Virus record (IMG/VR): IMGVR_UViG_3300037502_002304
Span: 26,012 to 90,011 of that record
Strand: one strand, 5' to 3'
Length of the DNA: 64,000 nt
From: a virus
Shown piece after piece: positions 1-11,013 of the stretch (the stretch's first letter is position 1; the number at the start of each line of letters is the position of its first letter). Under the pieces are notes generated by a model that did no database searches, was not told the origin of the DNA, and saw nothing but the letters and a program-made list of their open reading frames with translations. Position numbers and translations under genes: made by a program.

Positions 1-2910
1 TTAGAAACTGACCCTACACAGTTAGGGGCTGAAAGAATCGATCATAAAAAGAGTGACCCTTTAGTAGCTGAATTAATGAGTGGCATCAATAGGATGTTTA
101 AAAGGGCTGACATATTAGAAGCTAAGAGTGCTGAAGAACAGGATGAAAATAAAGCAGAATCTCTTAGAAGAGCTGCAGCTATGATACGATATAATTTGTA
201 TACTAAAAGGGAGCCAGAAGCAGCCATTGCTCTCTACTTAGATTATATAGATAATGAAGAATTAAGTATTATTATTAATCAGATTCGTAAGTTTAGAGAA
301 GACCCTAAGAAAAATAAACTTACTAGTTTTCAAATAAACCGTATTCAAGATATTATAGATGCTAACGAAGCCAGTATATCAGATATTAATAGAATACTTA
401 AATGGACTCCAGAGTTTAAGGATATTTATAATAAAGTAGAAGAAAGGCTTAAATCTGCTTTAAATCACTTATCAGAAGCTAAAGAATTTGTAGATATTCT
501 CAATAGAAATAGGACTCAAGAGATTATTTTAGAAAACAGAGTAGAGGGTAGTAAGTTATCTGTAGAAGATATAGTAAATTCAAGTATAGGAGATATAGGT
601 TATTTATCTAGATGGTTTGGGCCTTTAAGGACTTCTAGTAATGAAGTCCTTAGAATGGTCTATAATATGGTTGCCAATGTATACAATGAAACTCATAGAG
701 AAGTTATTTCAGAAGGAAATGAAATGCTTCTCCTTCAAGAAGATTTTGAGAAAGCAGGTTTCAGTGGTAAAGACCTACATGAATTAGATGAGAATGGTAA
801 GAAAACTGGTTTCCTTATAGCTGAAAGAAAATGGGGTGAATATTATAAGGCTAGAGAAAAAGTCAGACAAGACTTAATGAAACATTTTAATAAAGAAGTA
901 TATTCTGATATTATCCCAGAAGAATTAGATGAAGAGGAATTAAAATATTATAATAAGAAGTGGTCTGAATTTTTTAAGAAATATCATAAGTATGTAGATG
1001 GACAATCTATACCTAATCCTCCTATAAATGAAGAGTTTCAGAAGCGAATGAAAAATAAAGCATTTGCTGCTTATTATAATAAAGTTTTAGAGATTCATAG
1101 GAGGTCTAAAGAAATGCTTCCTAGAAAGTATAAAACTGGTATATATGAATGGATGTTACCTCAGATAAGAAAAGATATTATGCAGACTATTAAAGACTCT
1201 GAAAACCCTCTGTTTAAAGAGTTAAAGTCTCGTATAAAAGAAAACTTTACTATTACTGAAGATGACATCGACTACGGTAGTCAAGACGTATTATTAGATA
1301 TTAACGGTAAGGTAGTTAAAAAAGTACCTGTTCATTACACTAAAAGATTAGAAGATCCTAATCAATTATCTAATGATATTACATCTATGTATGCTCTCTA
1401 TTATGAAATGGCTTTAAATTTTAGAAGCCTATCTTCTAGATTAGAAGATATTATGGTTATAAAGAGAGTTATGGGTAGTTCTGTAATACGTCCTCAAAAT
1501 AAGACTGATAATGAAGGTAATAAGCTTGGTTATGAAACAAATGCTTATCAAGCTCTAGAAGACTTTATTAACGCTTATATTTATGGTGAAGAGAAGAATA
1601 AATCTTATATTACTTTACCTAATGGTAAAAGAGTAGAAATTAGTAAACTTGTAGATAAATTTAGGTCATTAGTAAGAAGTAGTAACTTGTTCTTTAATAT
1701 CCCTACTATAATAAGTGGACATGTTAAAGGTAGTATAGATTCTAAATTAGAAGATGTTATGGGTTTATATACTACCCAAGAATCTAAACTATTTGCAGAA
1801 GCTGAATTTGATAGGAATCTGCCTAAAGTTCTCTTAAATGCTGGTAAAAGATATAAAGAAACTAAGATGGAGCATCTATTCATGAGATTTGGTGTTTCTA
1901 AAGATACCAGAGAAATATTTAAGAGACTGGATATGCAAGATAGACTTTCTAGAACTACTTCTGATGACTTATTATATGGTATATATGAAGCTTCAGACTT
2001 TAGAGTTAAAGGTAAGTTTGCATTAGCTGTAATGGACAATTTTAGGCTTGTAGACGGCAAATTTATCACTAAAGCACAGTTTGATAGACTAATCCATAAA
2101 AAGGGTCGTAAATGGTCTGATTTTAAAGATAAAACCTTATATAATGCTTATGATTTTAAGAATAATAGATTGATAGTTAAGCCTGAATTTAAGAAGTATG
2201 TTACTAAAGATATAGAAAATAGAGTAGCTAATATCATAGCAGATAGAACAGCCTCATTAGAAGGAGTTCCAGGAAGGTTAGACAGAGCACAAATATATAG
2301 AGGAATGTGGGGTAGGATGTTAATGCTTCACAGAGGTTGGATGATTACTGGTGCTGCAGATAGGTTTAAAAAGGGTGGAATTAACTATCAAACAGGTGAA
2401 TTTGAAGAAGGTTATTATCGTACTGTAGGTAGAGTTATAGCTAAACTGATTAATGATAAAAATGTAATTAAGTATAAATTATCAGTATGGGAAACTCTTA
2501 GTGAATATGAAAAGCGTAATGTTCGTAAATTCATGACTGATATGCTTGTTACAGCAGGATTTATGATATTAGCTAGAATAATTCAAGGAATAGCAGATGA
2601 TGATGACGATGATTGGGAATTGCAATATCTAGCATATCAATTTAATAGAATTGAGTTAGAACAAGCTGCATTCTTTAATCCACAAGAAATTCCTAATATT
2701 TTGAATTCTCCGTCTGCAGCTGTTAGTACTTTTGAAGACTTACAGAACTTATTTTTTGCTATATGGGATAATGATGAGATTGAATATGGAGCTTATGAAG
2801 GAATGACCCAACGTGAGAAATTTCTCATCAAAAGAACTATATTAAAGAATATTTGGGAACTTCCTTATATTAAGGATAAAAATAAGTACATTAAGACTCA
2901 GATTCTATAA
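1..2910 (+). CDS. C-terminal part of giant virion cargo/ejection-type protein (5'-truncated by window)
   Basis: Frame is open from position 1, upstream of the ORF-track start at 76. Long helical protein with a C-terminal hydrophobic segment followed by an acidic run (MLVTAGFMILARIIQGIADDDDDDW). Lies at the end of a + strand block, like the large cargo genes of crAss-like phages. Confidence 0.6.
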   Translation, partial: LETDPTQLGAERIDHKKSDPLVAELMSGINRMFKRADILEAKSAEEQDENKAESLRRAAAMIRYNLYTKREPEAAIALYLDYIDNEELSIIINQIRKFREDPKKNKLTSFQINRIQDIIDANEASISDINRILKWTPEFKDIYNKVEERLKSALNHLSEAKEFVDILNRNRTQEIILENRVEGSKLSVEDIVNSSIGDIGYLSRWFGPLRTSSNEVLRMVYNMVANVYNETHREVISEGNEMLLLQEDFEKAGFSGKDLHELDENGKKTGFLIAERKWGEYYKAREKVRQDLMKHFNKEVYSDIIPEELDEEELKYYNKKWSEFFKKYHKYVDGQSIPNPPINEEFQKRMKNKAFAAYYNKVLEIHRRSKEMLPRKYKTGIYEWMLPQIRKDIMQTIKDSENPLFKELKSRIKENFTITEDDIDYGSQDVLLDINGKVVKKVPVHYTKRLEDPNQLSNDITSMYALYYEMALNFRSLSSRLEDIMVIKRVMGSSVIRPQNKTDNEGNKLGYETNAYQALEDFINAYIYGEEKNKSYITLPNGKRVEISKLVDKFRSLVRSSNLFFNIPTIISGHVKGSIDSKLEDVMGLYTTQESKLFAEAEFDRNLPKVLLNAGKRYKETKMEHLFMRFGVSKDTREIFKRLDMQDRLSRTTSDDLLYGIYEASDFRVKGKFALAVMDNFRLVDGKFITKAQFDRLIHKKGRKWSDFKDKTLYNAYDFKNNRLIVKPEFKKYVTKDIENRVANIIADRTASLEGVPGRLDRAQIYRGMWGRMLMLHRGWMITGAADRFKKGGINYQTGEFEEGYYRTVGRVIAKLINDKNVIKYKLSVWETLSEYEKRNVRKFMTDMLVTAGFMILARIIQGIADDDDDDWELQYLAYQFNRIELEQAAFFNPQEIPNILNSPSAAVSTFEDLQNLFFAIWDNDEIEYGAYEGMTQREKFLIKRTILKNIWELPYIKDKNKYIKTQIL

Positions 2911-2963
2911 AAAATCGATTATTCTGACAATCAGGTTTCGGAAAAATAGTTATAAATCCAATA

Positions 2964-2992
2964 GTAAGGGGGGTAATAAATACTCCCCTTAT
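2964..2992. terminator. Hairpin between convergent transcription units (probably bidirectional terminator)
   Basis: GTAAGGGGGGTA-ataaa-TACTCCCCTTAT inverted repeat between convergent stops at 2910 and 2989. Confidence 0.6.
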
Positions 2993-3483
2993 TCTATTGA
3001 ATTCTTCTTTAATATCTCTGATAATAATTGTGGTTTATAATTAATAGCTTCACAGGATACATTTATATACCTACTATCGTTTATTTTTTCTTCATGAATA
3101 TGACCATGGATATTAATACATCCACGTAATTCTGAAGGATGAATAGGTATATGAGATAAAATGAATCCATCATGTTTACTAATTATATAACCACCTATAC
3201 AATTTACGTAGTTGAGTAACTCTGTATTATGAGCTCTTCTACATAATTCATGGTTTCCAAGTAATACTTTTTTATACCCTTTTAATAACTTTAACTTAGA
3301 GTACTCTTTAGATTTTTCAAGACTTATATCTCCTAAAATCCATATAGTATCTCTTTTAGTAACAGTATTATTCCAAGTATTAATTATGTAATTATCATGC
3401 TCTTCTACAGAGTTGAATCCTCTACGTAAGGCCATATTAGTATGACCTAAATGTAAATCTGATATTACATATACATCTCTCAT
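2989..3483 (-). CDS. Calcineurin-like metallophosphoesterase
   Basis: Motifs SDLHLGH, LGD, LGNHE, SHIP, HGHIH. Confidence 0.9.
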   Translation of the reverse strand: MRDVYVISDLHLGHTNMALRRGFNSVEEHDNYIINTWNNTVTKRDTIWILGDISLEKSKEYSKLKLLKGYKKVLLGNHELCRRAHNTELLNYVNCIGGYIISKHDGFILSHIPIHPSELRGCINIHGHIHEEKINDSRYINVSCEAINYKPQLLSEILKKNSIE

Positions 3484-3698
3484 TACTGTAAATTACTATA
3501 ATAAAGATAAGGACTTCCAGCATCTGGAATTTCTTCAGTCTCTGGAAATTTAATCTTATAGTCAGGTTCAAATTTTATGTAATATTCTACCAATTCTTCT
3601 TCACGTATGACCTTTTTAAGCTCTTTATTCAGTTCTTCTAATTTTACCATGTTGTGTATGGTAATTACTTTATTATCAGTATCTATTGTGAAATTCAT
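3483..3698 (-). CDS. Hypothetical protein
   Basis: ORF abutting the next gene on the coding strand. Confidence 0.65.
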   Translation of the reverse strand: MNFTIDTDNKVITIHNMVKLEELNKELKKVIREEELVEYYIKFEPDYKIKFPETEEIPDAGSPYLYYSNLQ

Positions 3699-3722
3699 AG
3701 CAATTTATTTTAATTAGTTATA

Positions 3723-3953
3723 TCAAATTAATTTAGAAAATCCTCTAACCACTTCAAGTTCTATAAGTTCATGACTATTATCTTTAACATAGTTATAAAC
3801 AGTTTCAGCCTCTTCATCAGTTTTAAAATAAAATCCAACCCTATCTCCTGATGTTTTTACTATAATAAGATAAGGTTTATTTCCTAGATTGAATCCATCT
3901 GCAGGATAATATACAATCTCTTCAATATTTTTTACTTTAATTAAGTGTTTCAT
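3723..3953 (-). CDS. Hypothetical protein
   Basis: Packed ORF, 4-nt overlap with upstream gene. Confidence 0.65.
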   Translation of the reverse strand: MKHLIKVKNIEEIVYYPADGFNLGNKPYLIIVKTSGDRVGFYFKTDEEAETVYNYVKDNSHELIELEVVRGFSKLI

Positions 3954-4294
3954 AATGCTACAATATTATCAATTCTTTTTAAAACTTTTTTCATCCATTT
4001 TCTAGAAGGACGACATAAGAATCTACCTAAAAAACTTATAAGATCTACTCTAATACGATTTATTTCAGATAAAATTTTATAATAATTACTTTGAAATTCT
4101 TCATCACTATATCTAATCATATAAAAATGAAATTTTTCATTAGTACCGTATATTTGAAATATAGTAGGGGATATTACTTTTTTAATAGTAACTGCTTTTT
4201 GTGAATATTTAGCATGTGTATCATTTGCTATAATATCCCCAAATCTATATCCTTTAGATATTTTATTTAAATAAACAATATCATATTTTTTCAT
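3950..4294 (-). CDS. Hypothetical protein
   Basis: Packed ORF with A/T-rich leader. Confidence 0.65.
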   Translation of the reverse strand: MKKYDIVYLNKISKGYRFGDIIANDTHAKYSQKAVTIKKVISPTIFQIYGTNEKFHFYMIRYSDEEFQSNYYKILSEINRIRVDLISFLGRFLCRPSRKWMKKVLKRIDNIVAL

Positions 4295-4351
4295 AACTAT
4301 AATTTTTAAATTGTTTTAAATACTTACTTAATATTATAAAGGTTTATTCTA

Positions 4352-4678
4352 TTACTCAGGAAGTACTAACAAACTAACTGCATTTATACAATCATCAGTA
4401 TTCCAATCTTTATCACAATCAAACTCATAAGGTCCAGGATAATTAGGATCTACTAAAGTAATATATACTTTATTTTCCACCCAATCATAAGTTACTGTCT
4501 TTATAGACTTATCAACCTTCCTAGTCTTTTTCCTCATTCTGTCTTTAAAATAATCTTGTAGATATTCTGGAATAGGTTCAAATAGAACTTTATTATTTGA
4601 GTAACGAGATATTATAGTTTTATCTCTAATATATTCTATATCTTCTTCAGACAATGTTATATATTTTCGCCCCTTCAT
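4352..4678 (-). CDS. Hypothetical protein
   Basis: Packed ORF on coding strand. Confidence 0.65.
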   Translation of the reverse strand: MKGRKYITLSEEDIEYIRDKTIISRYSNNKVLFEPIPEYLQDYFKDRMRKKTRKVDKSIKTVTYDWVENKVYITLVDPNYPGPYEFDCDKDWNTDDCINAVSLLVLPE

Positions 4679-4729
4679 GATTTTAAGTTTTTTCTAAGTT
4701 CTAAGAAATTCAATTAATTCATCCGAACC

Positions 4730-5014
4730 TTACTTTTTACTCTTTACAATTTTCTTTACTTCATCTACTGGCATACTTAACCAATCGAAAGGAATACTAA
4801 ATATTACTTCTCCATTCCATTCTTCAAGGCTATCATCTATAATATAACATTCTTTAAAATCATCACTAAATGTTAAATAACAAGGATAACCGTCACTTAA
4901 CATTGGATATTCTTTTGGTCGTATTTCATGTAATTGTTTTCCTAGAGATAATACCTCATTATAAATTTGTTTATGAAATTCAATATGTTTTTTAAAATCT
5001 TCCTTTGCTATCAT
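4730..5014 (-). CDS. Hypothetical protein
   Basis: Packed ORF on coding strand. Confidence 0.65.
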   Translation of the reverse strand: MIAKEDFKKHIEFHKQIYNEVLSLGKQLHEIRPKEYPMLSDGYPCYLTFSDDFKECYIIDDSLEEWNGEVIFSIPFDWLSMPVDEVKKIVKSKK

Positions 5015-5031
5015 CTTTAATTTATTTTATA

Positions 5032-6153
5032 TTATAATGCTTCCCAATTATTCTCAACCATATACCTATATTGAATAAATCCTCTAAAGTTATTACACCA
5101 TCCTGGAATTCGTTTTACAGTTCTACCATCTTCAGAAAGAACAAATTTAATAAAAGATTTATACTCATCGTCAGTCATTGCTCTAGCACAGTGCTCAAAT
5201 GGACTCATATGTTTAGATTTCAACAATCTATCATGTAATTCAATATCTTTCTGATAATCAATTTTACCATCGAAAGTCATGTATGATAAACGAGCACATC
5301 TAGCTGTAGCTATTTTAACTTTATTCTGTTCGTCATAGTCTTTAAAACCAGTATTATCAATTTTTTCAACTTCAATACGATTTCCTACAAAATCAATCAT
5401 ATCTCCAAATGGGATATGCCATTCCCCAGGTTCAAGAACTTTAGGTTTAGATTCATTCACTGCATCCCATAAAGATTCTGCTAATGCTTGGATATGTATT
5501 TCTGCAGGTGATTTAGATATTTTCCACCATTCTTCTTCAGTAAAATTTTGTTTACCATAGTAAGCTTCATAATCTTTCCTACTCCTAAAAACTATATTAT
5601 CAGTATCAGATAATTTTTCATTTGGATTAATATATTGTGGGCATCTAAGTTCGAAGAAATTATCTAATTCAGTAGTAGTAACTAATACAGTATGCCACAT
5701 AAATGGTTCAAGAAGACGATTACAGAGTTGCTTTGTTACATCTAATAATAAATGTTTATTTTCTGGTTCTATCCAGTTATCTCCATGCAATTCACAAGCT
5801 CTTTCCACAGCATTGTCTTTTGCATGTAACCAACCTTCTTTACACCTATTAATAAGTTTCTCATCAGTAATATACGCACTTCCTTGCATTCCTTTATGGT
5901 CTTTTTGCCATGCTATAGGAATAAAAGGGCATTCTTCAATCTGTTTAACCATTTTATTAAATGGAATAGCACGACTACTAGCTGAATTCCTACTAAACAT
6001 TCTATGAGTCATTAACTCTGAATGAATAAATCTAGGATATGTAGCTAAAAATGATATAATTCTATCTCCTTGTTTATTTATACTATCTTGTACTATCTCT
6101 ACTCCAATCTTTTTCATATAATCTATTTTAATTAAATTAAAGGGAAGTCCCAT
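5032..6153 (-). CDS. thyX: Flavin-dependent thymidylate synthase (true start probably MKKIG, near 6117)
   Basis: PRFIHSELMTHRMFSRNSASSRAIP signature; KQLCNRLLEPF; ARCARLSY; HMSPFEH. Confidence 0.9.
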   Translation of the reverse strand: MGLPFNLIKIDYMKKIGVEIVQDSINKQGDRIISFLATYPRFIHSELMTHRMFSRNSASSRAIPFNKMVKQIEECPFIPIAWQKDHKGMQGSAYITDEKLINRCKEGWLHAKDNAVERACELHGDNWIEPENKHLLLDVTKQLCNRLLEPFMWHTVLVTTTELDNFFELRCPQYINPNEKLSDTDNIVFRSRKDYEAYYGKQNFTEEEWWKISKSPAEIHIQALAESLWDAVNESKPKVLEPGEWHIPFGDMIDFVGNRIEVEKIDNTGFKDYDEQNKVKIATARCARLSYMTFDGKIDYQKDIELHDRLLKSKHMSPFEHCARAMTDDEYKSFIKFVLSEDGRTVKRIPGWCNNFRGFIQYRYMVENNWEAL

Positions 6154-6179
6154 TAAGAGACCTCCCTATAAATTTAACG

Positions 6180-6788
6180 CTATGGATTTAACAGGATAAA
6201 TTCATGTTTTGAGAATTCCAGTAGGTAATCACTTAATCTAGTACCATAACTATCTGCCGGATTATATCTACCATTAGTTCTTAAGAATCTTTTTACTCCT
6301 GAAGCTCCTGCTAAATGTGCAGCAGCTAATAATCCAGCTTCTGTTATCTTTATACCTGCTATGTATTTACCTTCATATTTCTCAATAGTACTTTCCAAGC
6401 GTTTTCTGTTAATTTTTAGAAGCATTATTATTGCTTTATCTTGAGCTTCTTCTGGAAAAATACTTGGATTTTTTCTAAATTCAGAAACTCTAAGTGACCC
6501 ATATCCTACCTCTTTAAGTGCAGCCCTACCAAATTGGTATTTTCCAATATACCCTAATGTATTTACTACATTTGGATTATTAGAAGATTCTTTGTATGCT
6601 AAATGATTTAGAAAATTTTCTAATCCTAATGAATTTAATTTATGAAACTTTTCAGTTTCAACTTTAACTTTAAATCTCTCTAAATCATATTCCATATTCT
6701 CTTCTAACATCTCTACAGGTAAAGTAGAGGTACTAGTAAATGTAGCAAAAGCTACACTTAAAATTAATAGAATAATTACTCTTTTCAT
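6180..6788 (-). CDS. Secreted lysozyme-like/lytic transglycosylase
   Basis: N-terminal signal peptide; catalytic-like KESS followed by GYIGKYQFG; LAAAHLAG helix motif. Confidence 0.7.
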   Translation of the reverse strand: MKRVIILLILSVAFATFTSTSTLPVEMLEENMEYDLERFKVKVETEKFHKLNSLGLENFLNHLAYKESSNNPNVVNTLGYIGKYQFGRAALKEVGYGSLRVSEFRKNPSIFPEEAQDKAIIMLLKINRKRLESTIEKYEGKYIAGIKITEAGLLAAAHLAGASGVKRFLRTNGRYNPADSYGTRLSDYLLEFSKHEFILLNP

Positions 6789-6799
6789 ATAATATAAAT

Positions 6800-7036
6800 T
6801 TACTGTTTACTTCGTCGCTTTATTCTAAATAAAGTCTTATCTCCAAAGATTTCTAGACATAAATTTACAACTAAAAATGCTGGCCATAATAAGATTATTA
6901 GTAAAAATATACATAAATCCATTAAAGTTATTTCAACTTCTTCTCTAAGATAAAATCTTTCTTTAACTTCAATGAAAGCCATAATTGAAGCTACAATAAG
7001 TCCTACTAATAAATACAATAAAACAAGTGTGTTCAT
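6800..7036 (-). CDS. Small membrane protein (2 TM)
   Basis: Two hydrophobic segments with LLWP motif. Confidence 0.65.
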   Translation of the reverse strand: MNTLVLLYLLVGLIVASIMAFIEVKERFYLREEVEITLMDLCIFLLIILLWPAFLVVNLCLEIFGDKTLFRIKRRSKQ

Positions 7037-7063
7037 AATATAAATAATTTAAATAGTTAATAA

Positions 7064-7615
7064 TTAGTCAATTAAATCTTCAAAATTTGTCCATCCTTTA
7101 TCTTTACAAATAAGAACTAATCCTCCAATAATATCTGCTACATCATTTTTACGTAGTTCTTTAGAATTCTTAACTCTAGCTAATTTTTCGTCAAGTCTTG
7201 ACCCATAAGGATGGTGTTTAGCAAATATATCTAGAGGTTTTAATGCAGAGTTACCATAAGCTTTATCCTTAGCTTTCTGCATTTTTAACAAACTACTATA
7301 AATCTTTTCAAAGTCATCACCTTCTACAAAATTTGGTATCTTTAATTTATTTACTGAATCAGTTTTAATGTAAAGATCATTCTCCTGTTTTTTCATAAAA
7401 TCAGAATATACTTTCATTGAAACTTCATCATTATAACATGTTCCTACAAATTCCCAATCTTCTGGAATCAATTCTGCTAATGTCCCTACTGTATCAGAAC
7501 TAATACTGTATTTGTGATGTTCTGAATAATTTTTACCTTTTTTAAAAAATTCGTTACTTTCCCCCACAAATTTATAAATATTCTCCATATTATTATATTT
7601 TAATGATTCCACCAA
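7064..7615 (-). CDS. Protein with C-terminal nucleotide-modification-associated (Nmad1/DUF1599-like) all-alpha domain
   Basis: KAKDKAYGNS...RLDEKLARVKN...DVADIIGGLVL pattern; adjacent to DNA polymerase. Confidence 0.6.
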   Translation of the reverse strand: MVESLKYNNMENIYKFVGESNEFFKKGKNYSEHHKYSISSDTVGTLAELIPEDWEFVGTCYNDEVSMKVYSDFMKKQENDLYIKTDSVNKLKIPNFVEGDDFEKIYSSLLKMQKAKDKAYGNSALKPLDIFAKHHPYGSRLDEKLARVKNSKELRKNDVADIIGGLVLICKDKGWTNFEDLID

Positions 7616-9630
7616 TCTACTACTTTAGGGTCAGCTTTTAAAGGTACTCTTGTATAAAATTTAGCTCCAGCTCTTTCCATACAATCTTGTACTATAACAG
7701 CCACTTCATCTGCTAAATCTTCTTCAGCTTCTAATAATACTTCATCATGTACAATATTAGTAAACAGTACTTTAAAAAGCCATCCTCTTTTTTGCAATTC
7801 ATTAAATATATAAACACCTGCTAATTTAGTTATTTCTGCCGAAGTACCTTGAATAGGATAATTATAGGATTTACGTTCTATTATCCCCTGCATTTTAAAG
7901 AATTTACGTACTTTTGGCTTATAATAACTATAAAATTTATCAGTTTTAGCATATTTATGATGTCTATATTCTTCCCAAAATTTAGAATCAATTTCTTTTT
8001 CTAATTGCTTATATTCATCAAAAAAATCTATAAAAGATTTTCTTCTACTAATGTCATTAAATTGCACATAACCATATTTAAGAGCATCTTCTTTACACTT
8101 TTTAAAATAATTTTTTACCCCTTTAAAACTATTAAAATAAGCTTCATAAATAGCATTTCCTTCTTCTATAGGAATTGATAAATTTTGAGCTATAGTAATA
8201 CCTTGCCCTCCATATTGAATAGCAAATCCAGCACTTTTAGCTTTTTGTCTAAGATCTGGACGCTCCTTTTTAACTTTCTCTAATGGAATATCTTTTAAAT
8301 CTTCATGGAAACATAATTTAGCAATATAGCTGTGCATATCTCCTAATTTTCTGTCGTAAAATTCCAACAGAGCAGGGTCTAAAGTCTTATTAGCAAATAC
8401 TACAGCTTCTTGACCACTATAGTCACAATTCACTAATTTATAACCTTTAGGTGCAGTAAAGCATCCTCTAGTTTCTCCATCAGCTGGGATATTTTGTAAA
8501 TTAATATGATCTATTCCTGTAGTACTATCTTTACCACCACAGGACATTCTTCCAGTTGCTTTAATTTGTGTAAAATTACTATGAAGCCTACCAGATACTT
8601 TATTTATCTGGTCTAAAAAAGTTTGTCCATAAGTAGTTACAACCTTTTCTGCTTTCTTATACTCTAAATATAAAGGAATTATTTCAAACTTATCTTTTTG
8701 AGGTATTAGTATCTTAGCTTCTACTGAATCTTTAGGCAATCCAGTTTTATCATCTATAGTAGTGATATCAATTCCTAATTCTTTAAATAAAGGTATCACT
8801 TGCTTTTGTGATGACCAATTTATAGAACATTTTCTTTCAGGATTAAACAGGTCTAATTGTCTATCAATATATTTAAATAAATTATGAGAAATGACCCAAT
8901 TATCTAATTTAATTTTACACTCCTGAAATCTCTTATAATCCTTTTCCATCTTTGCAGCCCATTTATCTCTATCAAGATAAATACCGCAATATTCTATATA
9001 AGCAAGTACTTTTACAAAAAGATTATCTAAAGCTAGAGCTCTTCTTAAATCCCATTTATCAATCTCTTTAAGCTGTTTGTTCATAATGGGTTTTAGGTAT
9101 TTTACATCATCTGCTCCATATATAATGACTTTTTCCGATAATCCTTCTGTAATAATTTTACCTCTAATTTCCTTATCTAATTCTACCCCCCAATATTTAT
9201 AAGCAATATATTTTAAAGATTTCCTAGCTCCTTCTATACCAGTATTTAGTACCATCTCTGCCAACATAGTATCATATATATTTGATGGTACTATCCTTTG
9301 ATGGTATAGAAACTTTAGATCAAATTTAGCATTTTGAAATATAAATGTTTTATCAGGATCTTCTAATAGTTTTTTATATTTCTGTAAATTTACAGTAGAA
9401 GCATCTATAACAAACTGATCATTATAAGTACCTAACTGTAAGGAAAGGATCCTTTTAGTGTAAGGATCCAAACCTTCAGTTTCGGTATCAACTCCAATAT
9501 ACTTAAATTTATTAAGATATTTTAAACTATCTTCTACTGTGCAGTGCTTAATATTATTGCTTTCAAATATTATTGGTTGATTAGTTATATAATATATCAT
9601 AACTACTTCCCTCCTTATCCAACTGCACAA
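7600..9630 (-). CDS. polA: Family A DNA polymerase with 3'-5' exonuclease (start probably MIYYIT, near 9600)
   Basis: Exo motifs DTETEG, QNAKFD, YGADD; pol motifs TGRMS, NLQNIP, DYSGQE, RQKAKSAGFAIQYG, NYPIQG, VHDE. Confidence 0.95.
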   Translation of the reverse strand: MCSWIRREVVMIYYITNQPIIFESNNIKHCTVEDSLKYLNKFKYIGVDTETEGLDPYTKRILSLQLGTYNDQFVIDASTVNLQKYKKLLEDPDKTFIFQNAKFDLKFLYHQRIVPSNIYDTMLAEMVLNTGIEGARKSLKYIAYKYWGVELDKEIRGKIITEGLSEKVIIYGADDVKYLKPIMNKQLKEIDKWDLRRALALDNLFVKVLAYIEYCGIYLDRDKWAAKMEKDYKRFQECKIKLDNWVISHNLFKYIDRQLDLFNPERKCSINWSSQKQVIPLFKELGIDITTIDDKTGLPKDSVEAKILIPQKDKFEIIPLYLEYKKAEKVVTTYGQTFLDQINKVSGRLHSNFTQIKATGRMSCGGKDSTTGIDHINLQNIPADGETRGCFTAPKGYKLVNCDYSGQEAVVFANKTLDPALLEFYDRKLGDMHSYIAKLCFHEDLKDIPLEKVKKERPDLRQKAKSAGFAIQYGGQGITIAQNLSIPIEEGNAIYEAYFNSFKGVKNYFKKCKEDALKYGYVQFNDISRRKSFIDFFDEYKQLEKEIDSKFWEEYRHHKYAKTDKFYSYYKPKVRKFFKMQGIIERKSYNYPIQGTSAEITKLAGVYIFNELQKRGWLFKVLFTNIVHDEVLLEAEEDLADEVAVIVQDCMERAGAKFYTRVPLKADPKVVDWWNH

Positions 9631-9638
9631 AATTACAA

Positions 9639-10082
9639 TTATTTTCCTGTATGACCAAACCCTCCTCCACCTCTTTTAGTATCTGATAGAGAATTTACTG
9701 TATTCCATTCTACTGGAATTACTTTTTCAAAAAATATTTGAGCTACCCTATCACCTACTTTATAAGGAAAAGGACAATATTCATTACATTCAAACATTAT
9801 TTTCCATTCCCCTCTATAATCACTATCTATCTGTCCTGGACTATTCTTAATTGATAATTTTTCATCAAAGAATTTAGTAATACTACTTCTAGGAACAATT
9901 ACTCCTTTATATCCTTTAGGAATTTCAGTAGCAAATCCTAGATTAACTAGATAATGACTAGGGAAAACTTTAGTTATTTCAGCAGCAAATACATCAAAAC
10001 AAGCAGCTTCTTCAGTTGCTTTTACTGGAAGTTTTGCATCAGGATGTACTAATTTAATTTTTACATCAATAGGTTCTGTCAT
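9639..10082 (-). CDS. dut: Trimeric dUTPase
   Basis: PRSS, GQIDSDYRGE, GDRVAQ, RGGGGFGHTG. Confidence 0.95.
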   Translation of the reverse strand: MTEPIDVKIKLVHPDAKLPVKATEEAACFDVFAAEITKVFPSHYLVNLGFATEIPKGYKGVIVPRSSITKFFDEKLSIKNSPGQIDSDYRGEWKIMFECNEYCPFPYKVGDRVAQIFFEKVIPVEWNTVNSLSDTKRGGGGFGHTGK

Positions 10083-10093
10083 GCTAATAACTT

Positions 10094-11013
10094 TTAAACA
10101 ATTTCACAATTACCTCCACCACAAGCGACTTCTCCTCGTAAGTCTGTATTATCAAATGTTTCTACTACTTTAGACAAATCAATATCTTTTAAGCTTTTAT
10201 AAGCCTCCTCATACTCTTCTTTAGTACAAGATTCAAATGGGGCTTGCTTATAAGTATGTTCAACATAAGGAAGTACAGATATTCCACTATATAAATCCCT
10301 ATTTATCCACATCCAATTAGCAACTTCATCCCATTCATGTTCTTTAATAGATACAGTACAGCTTACATTATGAGAATTATAACCTTTAATAAATCCAGGT
10401 TTAATCCACTTATCTGTAATTGCATGTACTCTATTCAATAAATCTATAGCTGATTCATCTCTAGTAACTGCTCCTTCTGGTGCTTTTTGCGGAACTTTGA
10501 TAATAGCAGTAGTATCAGGATTAAAGTAATCATCTTCTAAAAGTTCTGGATGATGTATTGTTAGATAAGTATATAAAGCTTCTGTTTTATTAAGCCTAAT
10601 ACGTCTCCAATAATATTTATCATGCCAAGCATGTATTCCAGAAGATGTTCCTAATACCAAACTAGTAGTCCCTGCAGGTTTTACAGTAGTAACCCTAGCA
10701 GCAGGATTAATACCTATTTTAGCTGCATATTCTCTATTAACTTGTACAGCTAAATTAGCAGCTTCTTCTATATTATAGTCAAATACCTTCATTGAAGCAA
10801 TACCTGTTTGAGAAACCCCCAATAATGCCTCTTTTTCACAATTTCTACGCCAACTATCTCTTAGATAGTGGAAATCTGTATAACTTGCTTGAAGAGTACC
10901 AATAATAGTAGCAGCTTTAACTCTATCATTAAAGTCTTGCTGTGATACTAAATTAGAAACATTTACTTCAGTAAGATTACACATTTGTTCAGAATGTAGT
11001 GATACCTCATGAC
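10094..11013 (-). CDS. nrdJ: Class II (B12-dependent) ribonucleotide reductase, exon 2
   Basis: After splicing reads NP-C-HEVSLHSEQMCNLTE; TTVKPAGTTSL; C-terminal ACGGGNCEIV. Confidence 0.9.
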